Assembly: GCA_042852035.1 (NCBI GenBank)
Contig: BAAFHK010000002.1
Location: 257,823-289,822, forward strand
Reading direction: 5' to 3'
Source of the DNA: Candidatus Saccharimonadota bacterium
GTDB taxonomy: Bacteria; Patescibacteriota; Gracilibacteria; BD1-5; UBA2023
Length of the DNA: 32,000 nucleotides
Position 1 is the first letter of the stretch. Each line of letters starts with the position of its first letter. This document shows, in pieces, positions 30,488 to 32,000 of the stretch. The notes under the pieces were generated by a model that had not been told where the DNA came from, did no database searches, and saw only the letters and a list, made by a program, of their open reading frames with translations. Both the position numbers and the translations under genes were made by a program.

Positions 30488-32000
30488 ATGACTTTTCAAC
30501 AAAAGGTAGAACGGTTCTTTGAACCAATTCTCTGACAAAAAATTCTTGTTGCTCTTACTATTTTTAAATATTCAACTTGGGTACTCAATAGTCTTTTTTC
30601 AGTGTATATTGTTCGTGAGAGTGTAAAGCTTTATAGTTCCTGAGATATAACATGACTAAAGAATTTAATACTCGAGTTTACTCTTTTTATAGGAATCTTT
30701 CTTCTTATTGCATTTATTATGAGGAGAGTGGATTGGCCTTTTCTTTGGCATGAGATACAGCGCTGGATATATACGAAGTATACCCGTGAGATTATCGAGA
30801 TGGACGGGAATTCTCTCGAAAAGATTTGAACCGGTCGTATGATCGCAGTAATTACGAGCGCTGAGAAGACCTGGATTGATGGAATTCTTCATGTTCTTAA
30901 GGAGGGTACAAAGATTGGAATCGTCTCATTTTATCTTTTTTTTCTGCTTTTTTCAAAGAGCTTTTTTCTTGGAGGTATTTTTCTCCTTCTTCTCATATGA
31001 CTTCATATTCTAGTTGTTTATCTTGATACGAAAGCTCATAAACATCGAGCAATTCGTACAGAAAAAAAAGCAGAATTTACAAGGGAGTTGGTTCGTATTA
31101 TTATGTCTCGTAATGATATACTTCAGTCATGATGATGAGGGGGGATTTTTAAAAAAAGTAAGCAGCTTATTCATGCAATGCAAGAGGCAAACAATGGTAT
31201 TAATCTTGCAATATTTCAGATTTTTAATTTGGTCCGAGTGCTTGCAGCGCTCTTAAGAATTACATTCCTCTTAGGGGTTCTTTTTATGTATGATAAAGGA
31301 GTAATTTCTACTCCAGATGTTGCATGAATGTTTGCGCTCCTTATTGTTTTCGAGAGCTTTCTTTTTGACTCTACCGAATTCTATAAAAATTTCACTAAAG
31401 ATTTTGCAGATATTGAAAAACTTTGGGATATGTTCGACATGGCTCCGAAGCTTAAGTGATATCATTCATGAGCTTCTTTTTCACATCAAAACTCTCCCAT
31501 TGTTCTCCACTCCCTCTCCTACACCTATACAGATACTCCTATATTCCAAAACCTCTCTCTCACCATAGAACAAGGAAAGAAAACCGCATTAGTTGGTGCC
31601 AGTGGTGGAGGAAAAACTACTCTCATGAAACTCATAGCAGGATACCTTCATCCCGATGAAGGATATGTTTCTGTATTTTGAAATAGACTCGATAAAACTT
31701 CCCTTAAAACCTACTATCCCCACATAGGATATCTCACCCAAGAACCAGGAGTCTTTGATGCAACCATACGAGAAAATCTTATAAGCGCCCTCCCAACCCT
31801 TCAAAGAGAAGACTCAATCCCTCACGAAGAAGACTCAAGTCTTCAGACAGAATCATCTGACACAGAAACAAAACATACCGAAGAAGCAAAACATACCGAA
31901 GAACAAATCATCAAAGCTCTTCGTCTCGCTCACTGTGATTTTGTCTTTGATCTCGAAAAATGACTCGATACAGAAATAGGTGAACGATGAGTCAGACTCA
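30488..32000 (+). CDS. ABC exporter, fused permease plus ATPase (3' partial)
   Basis: ATG 30488, with the frame open to the window end. The N-terminal half has multiple TM helices. In the NBD: YTYTDTPIFQNLSLTIEQGKKTALVGASGGGKTTLMKLIAGY (Walker A), Q-loop YLTQEP, and GLDTEIGERGVRL leading into the signature motif at the window edge. The frame contains TGA TGA TGA GGG GGG at 31130-31144. Confidence 0.85.
31871..31906 (+). repeat. Tandem 18-nt coding repeat (KHTEEA / KHTEEQ) inside an acidic insertion of the ABC ATPase domain
   Basis: aaacataccgaagaagca followed by aaacataccgaagaacaa, in frame. Confidence 0.7.

Noticed and set aside
1-32000. Reading the many TGA-interrupted housekeeping genes as pseudogenes or a decaying genome
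   Set aside because: Fragments always continue in the same frame. Interruptions are exclusively TGA, never TAA or TAG. They coincide with conserved glycines in catalytic motifs.
1-32000. Genetic code 4 (UGA = Trp, Mycoplasma-like) as the explanation
   Set aside because: The TGA positions align with invariant Gly in P-loops, the FtsZ and Def signatures, and AroG. Conserved Trp positions (GWKG, CVGWE, NPWCF) use TGG.
1-32000. CRISPR arrays, transposases, integrases, phage genes or toxin-antitoxin pairs
   Set aside because: I looked for regularly spaced direct repeats and for mobile-element or defence hallmarks in all read-through ORFs and found none. The only repeats are short: a 10-bp pair, a ~20-nt motif pair and an 18-nt coding tandem.

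Overview
This is an AT-rich, gene-dense bacterial chromosomal segment that can only be read with UGA translated as glycine (translation table 25). That points to a Gracilibacteria/BD1-5 or Absconditabacteria/SR1-type genome in the CPR/Patescibacteria; the lineage is an inference. Under the standard code the housekeeping genes break into the short ORFs of the supplied track. Reading TGA through, the pieces join in single frames into 27 CDS, and all 26 that end inside the window end at TAA or TAG.

Gene content, left to right:
- Envelope genes: a membrane-protein 3' end, a GT4 glycosyltransferase with apparently swapped domain order, dus, and a small GT-B-like fragment.
- def, a MurE-like ligase lacking its N-terminal domain, and an aroK-aroG pair.
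- An AI-2E-family permease and a secreted coiled-coil protein.
- The truB-lepB-secA run, tig and ligA.
- A hypothetical protein, a thioredoxin-fold protein without CxxC, and rplY (L25/Ctc).
- A type IV pilus / competence-pseudopilus-like module: two orphan single-pass membrane proteins, a PilB/GspE ATPase and a PilC/GspF platform.
- A DnaQ-exonuclease::DinG-like fusion with a degenerate P-loop.
- ftsA-ftsZ, miaB, and the 5' part of an ABC exporter.

I found no rRNA, tRNA, CRISPR array, transposase or integrase. Several GC-rich stem-loops with U-tracts look like intrinsic terminators. Shine-Dalgarno motifs are essentially absent.

The items most worth follow-up are the recoding and its uneven use between genes, the permuted glycosyltransferase, the pilus-like module with two unrecognisable membrane partners, and the P-loop-less DinG-like exonuclease.

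All calls come from manual translation and motif recognition. No database search or structure prediction was possible. Start codons and the functions of hypothetical proteins are the least certain parts.
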